Origin: Smithellaceae bacterium
GTDB lineage: Bacteria; Desulfobacterota; Syntrophia; Syntrophales; Smithellaceae
Assembly (NCBI GenBank): GCA_963667845.2
Contig: CAXXVL010000002.1
Coordinates: 1,664,001-1,728,000, forward strand
Length of the DNA stretch: 64,000 nucleotides
Reading direction: 5' to 3'
The notes beneath the pieces are model-generated. The model was not told where the DNA came from. It did not search any database and saw nothing but the letters and a program-made list of their open reading frames with translations. Both the position numbers and the translations under genes were made by a program. Shown piece by piece: positions 11,557 through 23,008 of this stretch (position 1 is the first letter of the stretch; the number at the start of each line of letters is the position of its first letter).

Positions 11557-11565
11557 GGGACTTCG

Positions 11566-12012
11566 ATGTCCGTATTTCGTGGGCAATATCATCACAGCAT
11601 TGACGAAAAGGGAAGGATTATTTTCCCGTCCAAGTTCCGCGATATATTCGCCGAGCAGTATGACAACAAGATGGTCATCACGAACTGGGATGGATATTTA
11701 ATCGTGTTTCCTTACGCCGAGTGGCGGATCATCGAAGAAGAAATATCAAAGAAACGCATCCTGGACAAAAAGTTTCGCGATTTTCAGAGATTCTTTATGT
11801 CCGGGGCAGTGGACTGCAATCTCGACAGTCAGGGGCGGGTGCTGATTCCGCCCACACTGCGGGAATATGCCAGGTTGGAGAAAGACGTTGTTCTGGCCGG
11901 CATGCTGAGAAATATCGAAATCTGGCCCAAGGAAAGATTTGAAGAAAAATTAAAGACGGCCAGTGAAGAAATGGACAGGGACAACGAAATCGCCGCCAGC
12001 CTGGGGATCTGA
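11566..12012 (+). CDS. mraZ: Division/cell wall transcriptional repressor MraZ
   Basis: FRGQYHHSIDEKGR and LDSQGRVLIP repeats; ATG start at 11566. Confidence 0.95.
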   Translation: MSVFRGQYHHSIDEKGRIIFPSKFRDIFAEQYDNKMVITNWDGYLIVFPYAEWRIIEEEISKKRILDKKFRDFQRFFMSGAVDCNLDSQGRVLIPPTLREYARLEKDVVLAGMLRNIEIWPKERFEEKLKTASEEMDRDNEIAASLGI

Positions 12013-12014
12013 CG

Positions 12015-12950
12015 ATGAGCGCCGCTTTCTCCCATGAGCCGGTGATGCTCGAGGAAGTGCTCTCCTGGCTCGCGGTGAAAAAAGACGGCGTTTACGTGGA
12101 CGGTACGGTAGGCGGGGCAGGGCATGCGCAGGCAATCCTGGAACGGACCGACGGGCGTTTGATCGGACTGGATTGCGACCTCGATGCCCTCAAGGCCGCG
12201 CAAGAGCGGCTGGCTCCTTTCGGATCGCGTGTCTCGCTCGTCCGGGCGAACTTCGCCGAGCTGGCCCAGGTGCTCGAGGATTTGCGTATCGATCATGTGG
12301 ACGGTGTGCTCCTGGACCTGGGGGTTTCATCCCATCAACTGGATGCGGCGCACAGAGGATTCAGTTTCAACCAGGAAGCACCGCTGGATATGCGGATGGA
12401 TCAGGATTCGAAGCTCTCCGCTTATGATGTTGTCAACCATTTCACGCCAACTGAGCTGGAAAAGATCATCAGATTATACGGGGAAGAAAAGATGGCTGGA
12501 AGAATCGCCAGGGCAATATCACGAAAAAGACAAATCTCGCCGATTGAAACAACGGTGGAATTGGCCGGCCTGATCACTTCCGTCATGCCCGGGAGCATGA
12601 AGCATCAGAAGATTCATCCCGCCACGCGGACCTTTCAGGCGCTGCGGATCGCCGTCAACCGGGAACTCGATTGCATCGTTCCGGGGATCGAAGGCGCGAC
12701 CGGCGCTCTGGCGAAAGGCGGCCGTATCGGCATTATTTCCTTTCACTCCCTTGAAGACCGGATCGTTAAAAATACATTCCGTGATTTCGCGGCGACCTGT
12801 GTCTGCCCGAAAGATATTCCTTACTGCGTTTGCGAGAAAAAGGCCGTCCTGAAAGTTTTAACGCGCAAAGCGGTGGTGCCTTCTGCCGAGGAAACCCTGC
12901 AGAACCCGCGTGCCCGCAGCGCAAAGTTGCGCGTGGCGGAAAGGATTTGA
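12015..12950 (+). CDS. rsmH: 16S rRNA m4C1402 methyltransferase
   Basis: HEPVML, DGTVGGAGH, DLGVSS, PLDMRM, FQALRIAVN, SFHSLEDR, NPRARSAKLR. Confidence 0.96.
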   Translation: MSAAFSHEPVMLEEVLSWLAVKKDGVYVDGTVGGAGHAQAILERTDGRLIGLDCDLDALKAAQERLAPFGSRVSLVRANFAELAQVLEDLRIDHVDGVLLDLGVSSHQLDAAHRGFSFNQEAPLDMRMDQDSKLSAYDVVNHFTPTELEKIIRLYGEEKMAGRIARAISRKRQISPIETTVELAGLITSVMPGSMKHQKIHPATRTFQALRIAVNRELDCIVPGIEGATGALAKGGRIGIISFHSLEDRIVKNTFRDFAATCVCPKDIPYCVCEKKAVLKVLTRKAVVPSAEETLQNPRARSAKLRVAERI

Positions 12951-12952
12951 AA

Positions 12953-13300
12953 ATGGCGCAAAGCGCAGGAGCCCAGGCAATCCCTCAGAGCAGGCCCGTT
13001 AAAGAAAACGCTGCCGCGTCTTTCGGCGTGAAATACCCGACGTTCATTGTTGTGGCTCTGGTCCTGATGTTTGTCGCGGTGATTTACGTCGGTCTGCATA
13101 TCCGCATGACCAAGATGGAATACGATATTGCCGCAGCACTCTCCGCAAAAGAGCTGCTGCAGGAAGAACAAAAAAGACTGAAGCTGGAAACGGCAATGCT
13201 CAAAGCGCCGCAGAGAATTGAAGACATTGCCAGAAATAAATTGCAGATGTCCTATCCGACGGCGGAGCAGGTGATTGTTATAAAACAAACGGGGAAGTGA
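12953..13300 (+). CDS. ftsL: Cell division protein FtsL
   Basis: Single TM followed by a coiled coil, RIEDIARNKLQMSYP; position between rsmH and ftsI. Confidence 0.85.
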   Translation: MAQSAGAQAIPQSRPVKENAAASFGVKYPTFIVVALVLMFVAVIYVGLHIRMTKMEYDIAAALSAKELLQEEQKRLKLETAMLKAPQRIEDIARNKLQMSYPTAEQVIVIKQTGK

Positions 13301-13302
13301 AT

Positions 13303-15291
13303 ATGGCGGCAGATTCAAAAAAATGGCTGAAGTTCCGGCTGGCCAGCATTTTGGCGATTTTTTTGATTTTGTTTATTGCGCTGTTGTCTCGGGCGTTTCA
13401 ATTACAGGTTTTATCCGGCGAGAAATTGAAGAAGCTGGCGCAGCGGCAGCATACCACCACATTGCCCATTCATTCCGAAAGAGGCATGATCTACGACCGT
13501 AACGGTGAGAAGCTGGCCATGTCGGTCATGGCGGACTCCGTGTGCGCCGACCCGACGCGAATTTCGGATCCGGCGAAAGCGTCGAAGCAGATCGCCGCAG
13601 TTCTTAACCTGGACCAGCCTGCCGTTTATAAAAAAATATCGGAGCCCAAGAGCTTTTGCTGGCTTGCCAGAAAGATTGACGTGCAAAAAGCAGCAAAGGT
13701 GGAGGCGGCGGACATCGAGGGCGTTTTTCTCATTAAAGAGCCGAAGCGATTTTACCCCAACGGCCAGCTTGCCGCGCATTTGATCGGATTTTCCGGTTTT
13801 GACGCCGAGGGGCTCGAAGGGCTCGAAAGAAAGTACGATGCGTATCTGAAGGGGACACCGGAGAGTCTGACCTGGGCGAGGGACGCCAAAGGGAAGAAAC
13901 TCTTTCTGCATGTTGAACACAACGCCGCCGCGAAAAATGACAGCGCCAATCTGGTGCTGACGATTGACAGCCGTATTCAGTACCTGGTGGAATCGCATCT
14001 GAAGGAGGCGGTGCTGGACAAGGAAGCGAAGGGCGGCATCGCGATCGTCATGGACCCGAAAACCGGCGAGATTCTGGCCATGGCCAACGAGAAAGGATTC
14101 AACCCCAACAACATCAAGGGACTGACCTCGGATGCCTGGAAGAACCGCGCGATCGCGGATGCGTTTGATCCCGGTTCGACCTTTAAACCTTTTCTGGTCG
14201 CCGGTGCTCTGGAAGAAAAAGTGGTCAAGGAATCAGATCGGTTTTATTGTGAAGACGGACACTATGCCATCGCCAACCGCGTGATCAGGGAAGCCAACCG
14301 GAAACGCCACGGCTATCTTGCCGTGCGCGATATCCTGAAATACTCAAGCAATATCGGCTCCGCCAAAATAGCGGAGAAGCTCGGGAAGGAAAAATATTAC
14401 AGCTATATTAAAAACTTTGGTTTCGGATCGAAGACGGGAATCGACCTGTCCGGCGAGGCGGCGGGACTTTTGCGGCCGGTGAAAAGCTGGACCAAGGTGG
14501 ACACGGCGAACATCGGTTTCGGTCAGGGTATTTCGGTTACAGCCATTCAGCTCATTACTGCGATGTCGGCAATCGCCAACGGCGGAGTCTTAATGAAACC
14601 CTATCTGGTGCGGGGCCTGACGGATAAAAACAACAATCCGATTAAGATGTATGCGCCGGAAACCGTTCGCCGGGTCGTTTCTGCGGAAACGGCAAAACGC
14701 CTGACGGCCATGCTGACGGAGGTCGTCGGGGCTGAGGACGGCACGGGTAAAAGGGCGCATATCATGAATGTCGCCGTCGCCGGTAAAACCGGAACCGCGC
14801 AGAAATTTGATTTCGCCCGCGGCAGTTATTCCTCGGAAAAAGTCCGCACGTCCTTTATCGGATTCTTCCCCTCCGATAATCCGCAGGTGGCCATCCTCGT
14901 CATGCTGGATGAACCGCAGCACGACAAGTGGGGAGGCGTGGCCGCTGCGCCGGTTTTCAAGAATATCGGAGAACAGATTCTTAACTGTTTTAAGACGAAC
15001 ATTCGGGAAACGCCGGTGTTCGAACCGCAAAAAACAAACGCGGTGCAATTGGTTGCGGCGGATCAATCTCTTATCGAGGGTGTAGATCCGGGTGAAAATC
15101 AAATCGATAGCGAATTACGAATGCCGGACTTTCGCGGCCTGACCATCCGCGAGGCCTTGAAAACAGCGAAATCCCGGTCGATTGTCTTGCGCGTTTCCGG
15201 CAGCGGCTGGGCGGTGAGTCAGGCTCCCGCGCCGGGCTCTGTTTTGGGCGATGAGCGTCTTTGCAAAATTGTATTTGAGATGAAAAACTGA
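13303..15291 (+). CDS. ftsI: Class B PBP / FtsI with C-terminal PASTA domain
   Basis: RGMIYDRNG, STFK, SSN, KTG motifs; PASTA-like MPDFRGL. Confidence 0.93.
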   Translation: MAADSKKWLKFRLASILAIFLILFIALLSRAFQLQVLSGEKLKKLAQRQHTTTLPIHSERGMIYDRNGEKLAMSVMADSVCADPTRISDPAKASKQIAAVLNLDQPAVYKKISEPKSFCWLARKIDVQKAAKVEAADIEGVFLIKEPKRFYPNGQLAAHLIGFSGFDAEGLEGLERKYDAYLKGTPESLTWARDAKGKKLFLHVEHNAAAKNDSANLVLTIDSRIQYLVESHLKEAVLDKEAKGGIAIVMDPKTGEILAMANEKGFNPNNIKGLTSDAWKNRAIADAFDPGSTFKPFLVAGALEEKVVKESDRFYCEDGHYAIANRVIREANRKRHGYLAVRDILKYSSNIGSAKIAEKLGKEKYYSYIKNFGFGSKTGIDLSGEAAGLLRPVKSWTKVDTANIGFGQGISVTAIQLITAMSAIANGGVLMKPYLVRGLTDKNNNPIKMYAPETVRRVVSAETAKRLTAMLTEVVGAEDGTGKRAHIMNVAVAGKTGTAQKFDFARGSYSSEKVRTSFIGFFPSDNPQVAILVMLDEPQHDKWGGVAAAPVFKNIGEQILNCFKTNIRETPVFEPQKTNAVQLVAADQSLIEGVDPGENQIDSELRMPDFRGLTIREALKTAKSRSIVLRVSGSGWAVSQAPAPGSVLGDERLCKIVFEMKN

Positions 15292-15294
15292 GGC

Positions 15295-18273
15295 ATGATG
15301 GAACTGCGGCAATTACTCCAGGGCGTCACCATGACCGGGCAGCAGTCCGGCAAAACCGGTGAAGTATCGTCGGTCTGCTACGCTGCGGATCGCTGTGAAC
15401 CGGGATCATTGTTTGTCGCCATTCCCGGACTCGTCCACGACGGGCACGATTTTATTCGTCAGGCCGTGGAGCGCGGCGCGCGCTTCATTGTTTATCAGAA
15501 AGATGTTCACCTGCCGGAAGGGATTGCCGGGATTAAAGTTCCGGACAGCCGCCGCGCGCTGGGAGAGCTCGCCAGGAACTATTTCGGCGATCCGTCCTCC
15601 CGATTGACCCTCGTAGGCATTACGGGAACCAGCGGGAAGACCACGGTGTCTTATCTTCTCGAAGCGATCCTGAAGGCCGCCGGTTTTCGCACAGGCGTCT
15701 TGGGAACGGTCAATTATCGTTACAACGACAATATCGTTCCGGCTCCGAACACGACGCCGGAATCCTACGAACTGCAAAAAATCCTGAGCGAGATGGTCCG
15801 CTCCGGGGTGACCCATGTGATCACCGAAGTGTCGTCGCACGCGCTGGATTTAAAACGGGTGGACGATTGCGATTTCGATCTGGGCATCTTTACGAATCTG
15901 AGTCCGGAGCATCTCGACTATCATCGGGACATGGAAGATTATTTCCGGGCCAAAAAAAGATTCTTTACTGAAATTCTGACCCGCGGCAAAAAGACCACCA
16001 CTCCGAGAATGGTAATCAACGCCGATGATTCATGGGGGCAACGGCTGCTTGGCGATGTCTCAGCGCCCGCACTGAGTTACGGTATCGAAAAAAATGACGG
16101 CGTGACGGCTGAGCACAAGGAAATAACGCTCGACGGCATCCGGGCCGAGATCAACCTCGGCAAAAACAGAATCCCCATCGTCTCCGGACTCATCGGACAA
16201 TTCAATCTTTCCAACATTCTTGCGGCGGCGGCCGCCGCATCCATCCTGGGCGTGGAAGCGCCGGTGATTGCCCGCGGAATCCTGAATTTATCCGGCGTTC
16301 CGGGGCGGCTGCAGAGGATCGATTCCGTGGCCGGCATTCATGTTTTTGTCGATTACGCCCATAAGCCGGACGCGTTAAAACAGGTGCTTACGAATTTAGA
16401 TCACCTGAAGCAAAAAAGACTATTGACTGTTTTCGGTTGTGGCGGTAATCGTGACCGCGCCAAAAGACCGCTGATGGGTGAAACGGCAACCCGGTACAGC
16501 GATTTGACGATTATAACGTCCGATAATCCCAGGCTTGAAGAGCCGATGGCGATTATCGGCGAAATTGTAGCCGGCATCAACCGGCAGAAAATAAAAGAGG
16601 TGCCTCCGGATCATCTGCAGTTCACAAAAGACGTGCATGTCTATGCGGTGATGGCCGATCGGAAGTCCGCCATTATCGCCGCGATCGGACTGGCCCAAAC
16701 CGGTGACATCGTATTGATCGCCGGCAAGGGTCATGAAGATTACCAGATTCTGGGAACAAAAAAGATATCGTTTGACGACCGGATTGTCGCGATGGAAGCC
16801 CTGAAATCAAGAGACCGCGGGCTTTCGGAAGGGACATCCCCGGAGTTTTCTGTGGCCCAAATCCTGGCCGCGACCGGGGGACGTCTGATTGCCGGAAGCG
16901 GCCAAAAAATGATTTACGGTGTTTCCACCGATTCCCGGCGTATCGAACGGGGCAATCTTTTTATCGCTCTTTCGGGAGAGAACTTTGACGGCCATGCTTT
17001 CGTGCAAAAGGCGGTCGAAGACGGGGCGGCCGGCGTCATCGTCTCCGATGCCGGCAAGATCAATGTGGGAGCGATTGCTGATGAGACCAATGTCATTGAG
17101 GTGGCCGATACCCTGCGGGCGCTGGGGGATCTGGCGCGCACCTACCGGCAGCGGTTTTCCGTTCCCGTTATCGGACTCACGGGGTCTTCCGGAAAGACGT
17201 CCACCAAGGAAATGCTGGCCGGCATTCTGACTCAGGAGAAGAAGGTTCTCAAGACGGAGGGAAATTTAAATAACCTGATCGGGCTGCCGCAAACCATTCT
17301 GCGCATAACGAATCGGGACGAGATCGTCATCCTGGAAATGGGGACGAACACGCGCGGCGAAATCAAAAGGCTCACGCAAATTGCCGTGCCGGACATCGGG
17401 CTCATCACCAATGTCGGTCCTGCGCACCTCGCGGGATTCGGAACGGTGGATGCGGTGCGGGAGGAAAAAGGTGATTTGTTCCTGAATATGAATCCGGCCG
17501 GAATTGCCGTGGTGAACCTCGATGATGAAGCCGTGCGCAAGACCGCGGATCAGTGGTCGGGCCGCCGCGTCACTTACAGCATGAGCGCCGCCGCCGATGT
17601 CGGAGTCATCGACATCCGGAAAAACGGTGCGCGGGGGATGAGCTTCAGCCTGCTGATTTGCGGGCAGGCTCACAAAGTGGATATGAAGATTGCCGGCATC
17701 CATAATGTCTACAATGCCCTGGCGGCCGCCGCCGCGGCTCTGGCCTGCGGGATAAGCCCGGATTCGATCAGGCGGGGTCTGGCGGTATTTGCGGCGGTGG
17801 GCGGACGGATGGAGATCATTAAACTGCAAAATGGCGCGTATATCATCAATGACGCCTATAACGCCAATCCCGCATCGGTGCGGGAGGCCTTGCTGACGCT
17901 GAAGGATTTGAAAAATTCACACAACGCCTTTGTCTTTTTAGGCGACATGCTGGAATTGGGAGACGCCGCTCCCGAGATGCACCGCCGGGTCGGGATGCTT
18001 CTGGCGACAATCGGCGTGACGGCTGTTTTCCTTCAGGGCGATTTTGCGGAAGCGACGGCGACAGGCGCCCGGGAGGGTGGGCTTGGCGACGGGCAGATCA
18101 TTTTTTTGCAAGGCGATGAAGACGCGGTGGCGCAATTGAAAAAACAGCTGCGCAAGGGAGATTGGATTCTGGTCAAGGGGTCGCGCCGGATGAAAATGGA
18201 CAGGTTCGTGACCCGAATCTGCGAGGATGTCGGCGTCGAAAAAACAGAGGGAAGGCCGGGAGAAAATAAGTGA
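15295..18273 (+). CDS. murE-murF: Fused MurE-MurF ligase
   Basis: MurE half: [29 protein letters not shown]. MurF half: [41 protein letters not shown]. One open frame of 992 aa. Confidence 0.92.
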   Translation: MMELRQLLQGVTMTGQQSGKTGEVSSVCYAADRCEPGSLFVAIPGLVHDGHDFIRQAVERGARFIVYQKDVHLPEGIAGIKVPDSRRALGELARNYFGDPSSRLTLVGITGTSGKTTVSYLLEAILKAAGFRTGVLGTVNYRYNDNIVPAPNTTPESYELQKILSEMVRSGVTHVITEVSSHALDLKRVDDCDFDLGIFTNLSPEHLDYHRDMEDYFRAKKRFFTEILTRGKKTTTPRMVINADDSWGQRLLGDVSAPALSYGIEKNDGVTAEHKEITLDGIRAEINLGKNRIPIVSGLIGQFNLSNILAAAAAASILGVEAPVIARGILNLSGVPGRLQRIDSVAGIHVFVDYAHKPDALKQVLTNLDHLKQKRLLTVFGCGGNRDRAKRPLMGETATRYSDLTIITSDNPRLEEPMAIIGEIVAGINRQKIKEVPPDHLQFTKDVHVYAVMADRKSAIIAAIGLAQTGDIVLIAGKGHEDYQILGTKKISFDDRIVAMEALKSRDRGLSEGTSPEFSVAQILAATGGRLIAGSGQKMIYGVSTDSRRIERGNLFIALSGENFDGHAFVQKAVEDGAAGVIVSDAGKINVGAIADETNVIEVADTLRALGDLARTYRQRFSVPVIGLTGSSGKTSTKEMLAGILTQEKKVLKTEGNLNNLIGLPQTILRITNRDEIVILEMGTNTRGEIKRLTQIAVPDIGLITNVGPAHLAGFGTVDAVREEKGDLFLNMNPAGIAVVNLDDEAVRKTADQWSGRRVTYSMSAAADVGVIDIRKNGARGMSFSLLICGQAHKVDMKIAGIHNVYNALAAAAAALACGISPDSIRRGLAVFAAVGGRMEIIKLQNGAYIINDAYNANPASVREALLTLKDLKNSHNAFVFLGDMLELGDAAPEMHRRVGMLLATIGVTAVFLQGDFAEATATGAREGGLGDGQIIFLQGDEDAVAQLKKQLRKGDWILVKGSRRMKMDRFVTRICEDVGVEKTEGRPGENK

Positions 18274-19349
18274 TTTACGAATTTCTATATCCGCTGCATA
18301 CGGCATTTTCATTCTTTAACGTGTTTCGTTATATCACGTTTCGGACGATCTTTGCTTCGATCACGGCCCTGCTCATTTGCCTGCTCCTGGGGCGCCTGTT
18401 CATCGGCAAACTGCAAAATATGCAGATTGATCAGCAGATCCGCGATGACGGACCGCAGACGCATTTGGCGAAGAAAGGCACGCCCACCATGGGCGGCATC
18501 CTTATTATCTTTGCCGTGGTGATTTCCACGCTGCTCTGGGCAAACTTTGCAGTCGGTTACGTCTGGCTTGCCCTGCTCGTAACCATCGGATTCGGCATCA
18601 TCGGATTTCTGGATGATTACCGGAAGCTGGCCGGCAAGAATTCCCGCGGCATTTCGGGCAAAACACGGCTTGCCGCAGAAATTGTGATCGCCTTGTTTGT
18701 CGGCGTTATCCTGTACTTCAAGCCGGGATTCAACACGCAGGTGACGATTCCCTTTTTTAAAACCGTTTTGCCCAATCTGGGCTGGGGCTACATCCTGCTT
18801 TGCGCTTTTATTATCGTCGGTGCGGCCAATGCGGTGAATCTCACGGACGGTCTCGACGGGCTTGCGACCGGTCCCGCGGGCATCTGTTTTGTGACGTATC
18901 TGCTTTTTGCTTATTTTGCCGGCAATGTCAAAATAGCCGGTTATCTGCAGATTCCTTATGTTCCCGGCGCCGGAGAATTGTCGGTGTTCTGCGGGGCCTT
19001 TATGGGCGCGGCGCTCGGTTTTTTGTGGTTTAACGCCTACCCTGCGGAAATATTCATGGGCGATGTCGGATCACTGTCCATGGGCGGAGCACTCGGAACC
19101 GTCGCGGTGATCACCAAGCAGGAAATCCTGCTCGCGATTGTCGGAGGGATCTTCGTTATGGAAACGTTTTCCGTCATTTTTCAGGTCGGTTATTTCAAAC
19201 TGACGGGCGGCAAGCGGATTTTCCGGATGGCGCCGATTCATCACCATTTTGAACTGAAGGGCTGGGCGGAACCCAAGGTGATCGTCCGGTTCTGGATTAT
19301 ATCGATCCTGCTGGCGCTCCTGGCCATCATCACCTTGAAATTGCGGTAG
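18270..19349 (+). CDS. mraY: Phospho-N-acetylmuramoyl-pentapeptide transferase
   Basis: [39 protein letters not shown]. Confidence 0.97.
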   Translation: MIYEFLYPLHTAFSFFNVFRYITFRTIFASITALLICLLLGRLFIGKLQNMQIDQQIRDDGPQTHLAKKGTPTMGGILIIFAVVISTLLWANFAVGYVWLALLVTIGFGIIGFLDDYRKLAGKNSRGISGKTRLAAEIVIALFVGVILYFKPGFNTQVTIPFFKTVLPNLGWGYILLCAFIIVGAANAVNLTDGLDGLATGPAGICFVTYLLFAYFAGNVKIAGYLQIPYVPGAGELSVFCGAFMGAALGFLWFNAYPAEIFMGDVGSLSMGGALGTVAVITKQEILLAIVGGIFVMETFSVIFQVGYFKLTGGKRIFRMAPIHHHFELKGWAEPKVIVRFWIISILLALLAIITLKLR

Positions 19350-19356
19350 AGGAAAA

Positions 19357-20703
19357 ATGGAACTTCGCGGAAAGAAAATAGTGGTTATCGGCATGGGAAG
19401 GACGGGCATCGCGACGGCGTCGTTTCTCGGAAGCCACGGTGCGTCAGTCGTGGCGGTCGATGAAAAGCCGTCAAGCGACTGGGGCGAGGTATTCCAGCCG
19501 CTTAGCCGCGAGCCCTGGCTGACCGTCGGCAGCTATGACGCGTCGGCGCTCGACGGCGCCGATCTGGTCGTGCCGTCGCCGGGAATCCCGCCGCATCATA
19601 CCCTGTTGGTTGCCGCGCAGAAAAAGAAGATTCCCATCATCAGTGAGATCGAACTTGCTTATCAATTTATCAAAGTGCCGATCATTGCTGTGACGGGAAC
19701 AAATGGAAAAACAACCACGACGACACTGCTGGGCAAAATTCTCGCTCACGCCGGAAAGAAAGTCTTTGTCGGCGGCAATATCGGAAATCCGTTGATTGAA
19801 TATGCCGGATCTCCCCAGACCGACGATTTTATTGTCGCGGAGATCAGCAGTTTTCAGCTCCAGTGGATCAAAACATTCCGTCCGCATGCCGCGGTGCTCC
19901 TCAACATTACCTGCGATCACGTCAACTATCACGGTTCGTTTGAAGAATACCGGCGCGTGAAGGCGAGCATCTTTGAAAACCAGCAGAATAACGATCTTGC
20001 CATTTTGAATGCGGAAGATGAAACGCAGGAAGGGCTTGCGGCAGCAATGAAAGCGCAAGTTGTCCGGTTCAGTTCGCGCCGGGAGATGGGGCCGGGCATA
20101 TTCCTGCAGGATGACGATATCGTTTACAGCAAACCGGACGGCTCTCAAGAATATTATCCGGTCGGCATGATTCATCTGCCGGGTTTGCACAACGTCGAAA
20201 ACGTTATGGCGGCAGTCGTTGCGGCGCGTTTTTGCGGGTGTTCTCAGGAAAGCATTGTCGAAGCCGTGTCCGAATTTCGCGGCCTTTCTCATCGCATCGA
20301 ATTTGCCGGCGAGAAAAACGGAATCAAATTTTATGACGATTCCAAGGGCACCAACGTGGATGCCGTCATCCGCGCGCTTCAGACTTTTTCCGCGCCCGTT
20401 ATTCTGCTTTTGGGAGGGCGCGACAAAGACGGAAATTTCGCAGCGCTGCAGACGCTCATCGGAGCAAAGACAAGGCAGGTCATTTTGTTTGGCGAGGCGC
20501 GCGACCGCATTTTGCCTCAGCTTGGCAAAACGGCCGTGCCGGCGGTCTTGGAGCCGACGCTCAAAGCGGCCATTGTGCATGCCTATAAGATTGCCGGGCC
20601 CGGGGAAATCGTGCTTCTGTCGCCGGGATGTGCAAGTTTTGATGAGTTTGCCAACTACAAAGAACGCGGGGATTTTTTTAAGGACGTGGTCAGGACTCTC
20701 TAA
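19357..20703 (+). CDS. murD: UDP-MurNAc-L-Ala--D-Glu ligase
   Basis: TGTNGKTTTT, GGNIG, EISSFQL, DSKGTN, LSPGCASFD. Confidence 0.96.
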   Translation: MELRGKKIVVIGMGRTGIATASFLGSHGASVVAVDEKPSSDWGEVFQPLSREPWLTVGSYDASALDGADLVVPSPGIPPHHTLLVAAQKKKIPIISEIELAYQFIKVPIIAVTGTNGKTTTTTLLGKILAHAGKKVFVGGNIGNPLIEYAGSPQTDDFIVAEISSFQLQWIKTFRPHAAVLLNITCDHVNYHGSFEEYRRVKASIFENQQNNDLAILNAEDETQEGLAAAMKAQVVRFSSRREMGPGIFLQDDDIVYSKPDGSQEYYPVGMIHLPGLHNVENVMAAVVAARFCGCSQESIVEAVSEFRGLSHRIEFAGEKNGIKFYDDSKGTNVDAVIRALQTFSAPVILLLGGRDKDGNFAALQTLIGAKTRQVILFGEARDRILPQLGKTAVPAVLEPTLKAAIVHAYKIAGPGEIVLLSPGCASFDEFANYKERGDFFKDVVRTL

Positions 20704-21812
20704 TGGAAGCAGCAGTAAAAAAAGAGACGAATACGCCGGATATCATTCTTCTGCTCGTCACCTTGATCCTGGTGACGGTCGGCACGGCGATGATCTATTC
20801 GTCCAGCTCGATTCTGGCTCTGGAAAAGTTCAAGGACGGGCAATTCTTTTTGAAGAAGCATTTAGTGTTTGTTTTTGTAGGCCTCGTGACGATGATCGTG
20901 ATGACCAAGATTCCGTATGAACAGCTCAAGCGCGTGGCGTATCCCGGCGTGATCGTCTCGATCGTTTTACTGCTGCTGCTTTTCGTTCCGCACATCGGCA
21001 TCCGGAGAGGCGGCGCGACACGCTGGCTTAACATGGGCGTGTTTTCGTTTCAGGTGACCGAGCTTGTCAAGGTGGCGATGGTGATTTTCCTGGCGCATCT
21101 TCTGACCCGCAAAGTGCATCAGCTGAAGAAGTTCAGCCGGGGTGTACTGATTCCCCTTTCGGTCACGGCCTTCATCATGGGGCTCATCATCCTGCAGCCG
21201 GATTTCGGGACCGTTGTGATTATCATGTCGATTCTGCTGCTGATGCTGTCGCTTGCCGGTTCCCGGATCACCCACCTGCTGTTTCTGGGCGCGGCTTTTA
21301 TTCCTGTGGGCGTCTGGCTCATCATGCACAAGGGCTACCGGATGGCGCGCCTGACGGCGTTTCTGGATCCCTGGAAAGATGCCGACAATACGGGTTTTCA
21401 GCTGATCCAGTCGCTGATTTCCTTCGGCTCCGGCGGCGTGACGGGCATGGGGATCGGCGATGGGATGCAAAAATTATTTTACCTGCCGGAACCGCACACG
21501 GATTTTATCCTGGCGGTGATCGCGGAGGAAAGCGGTTTTATCGGCGTGACGATCGTGATTGTCATGTTCATTTTCTTCCTCCTGCGCGGCTTCATGATTG
21601 CGTTTCGAGCTCCGGATCTTTTCGGGACACTTTTGGCTGCGGGGCTGACGATGCTGATCGCCATGCAGGCCTTCATTAATATCGCGGGCGTCATGGGACT
21701 GATTCCGCTCAAGGGACTGGCGCTGCCTTTCCTGAGCTATGGCGGCACGTCCTTTGTCATGAGCATGCTGGCGGTGGGGATTCTGCTCAATATATCCACG
21801 CAGCGGACATGA
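20703..21812 (+). CDS. ftsW: SEDS peptidoglycan polymerase FtsW
   Basis: GATRW, QPDFGT, LPEPHTDFI, LPFLSYGG. Confidence 0.95.
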   Translation: MEAAVKKETNTPDIILLLVTLILVTVGTAMIYSSSSILALEKFKDGQFFLKKHLVFVFVGLVTMIVMTKIPYEQLKRVAYPGVIVSIVLLLLLFVPHIGIRRGGATRWLNMGVFSFQVTELVKVAMVIFLAHLLTRKVHQLKKFSRGVLIPLSVTAFIMGLIILQPDFGTVVIIMSILLLMLSLAGSRITHLLFLGAAFIPVGVWLIMHKGYRMARLTAFLDPWKDADNTGFQLIQSLISFGSGGVTGMGIGDGMQKLFYLPEPHTDFILAVIAEESGFIGVTIVIVMFIFFLLRGFMIAFRAPDLFGTLLAAGLTMLIAMQAFINIAGVMGLIPLKGLALPFLSYGGTSFVMSMLAVGILLNISTQRT

Positions 21813-21843
21813 ACGCGGCGGGGAATAAGAGCGTGCACAATGC

Positions 21844-22962
21844 GTGCAGGAGAGGAAGAAACCGGTGCGGATAGTCATTGCGGGAGGAGGAACGGGAGGT
21901 CACTTGTTCCCCGGCATTGCCGTGGCGGAGGAATTTCTGAAGCGCGATCCGCAGAGCGGGGTGATATTTATCGGTACGAAGCGAGGTATTGAACACCGGC
22001 TGCTGGGAGCGCTGGGGTATACGCTCAAAGAAATTGACGTTGAAGGGTTAAAGGGACGGGGGATGAAGGCATTGATTAAAGGCCTTTACGCAATACCGAA
22101 CAGCATGCTGCAGTCCAGACGTATCCTGTCCGATTTTCGGCCGGACGTGGTGATCGGCGTCGGCGGCTATGCGTCCGGTCCCGCAGTGATCGCGGCATGG
22201 ATGATGGGCATTCCGACGGCCATTGCCGAGCAGAACGCGCTGGCCGGAAACACGAACCGTATTCTGGGCAAGTTCGTCGATAAAGTATTTTTGACATACG
22301 ATCAGAGCAAACGGCAGTTTGCCGCCGCCAAGGTCCTGGTGACGGGCAATCCGGTCCGCGCAGCCTTTGCCGCGGGTTTGGATCGTCCGGAGGAAAAGAA
22401 GGCCGGGCGGCAGGTTCTCATTTTCGGCGGTTCGCAGGGAGCGGCGGCCATTAATAAAACGGTCGTGGCCATGCTGCCGCTTTGGCGGAAGGTGAAAGAC
22501 AGCGTCCGGATCGTCCATCAAACGGGCGAGCGTGATCTGGAGATGGTGAAGAAGGCCTACGCCGGGCAGGGCATCGCGGCGGATGTCAGAGCGTTTATTG
22601 TCGACATGGTGTCGGCCTATACGGCCGCCGATCTGATGATTTGCCGCGCCGGGGCAACGTCGCTTGCGGAAATTACGGCGGCGGGAAAGGCCTCGATCCT
22701 GATTCCTTTCCCGTTTGCGGCCGATGACCATCAGACGCTGAACGCACAGGCCATGGTCGAAGCGGGCGCTGCGGCGATGATCCGGGAGAGCGATCTGACC
22801 GCCGAGAAGCTTTTCAAGACGGTTACAGGACTGCTCGCGGATGAGCAGAAGTTAAAAGATATGGAAAAACAATCGAGGGCGCTTAGCCGTCTGGATGCCG
22901 CCGCGAGAATTGTCGACGCCTGCATGCAGCTCGCCTGGGCAGGCAGACACGGGTGCTCATAA
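21844..22962 (+). CDS. murG: Lipid II GlcNAc transferase
   Basis: GGGTGGH, GGY, EQN, GNPVR, GGSQG, RAGA, HQTLNA. Confidence 0.96.
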   Translation: MQERKKPVRIVIAGGGTGGHLFPGIAVAEEFLKRDPQSGVIFIGTKRGIEHRLLGALGYTLKEIDVEGLKGRGMKALIKGLYAIPNSMLQSRRILSDFRPDVVIGVGGYASGPAVIAAWMMGIPTAIAEQNALAGNTNRILGKFVDKVFLTYDQSKRQFAAAKVLVTGNPVRAAFAAGLDRPEEKKAGRQVLIFGGSQGAAAINKTVVAMLPLWRKVKDSVRIVHQTGERDLEMVKKAYAGQGIAADVRAFIVDMVSAYTAADLMICRAGATSLAEITAAGKASILIPFPFAADDHQTLNAQAMVEAGAAAMIRESDLTAEKLFKTVTGLLADEQKLKDMEKQSRALSRLDAAARIVDACMQLAWAGRHGCS

Positions 22963-23008
22963 AGAAAGAAGAAATCAGAGAATGGGAAAACACCAGGAAA
23001 CAGGATTC

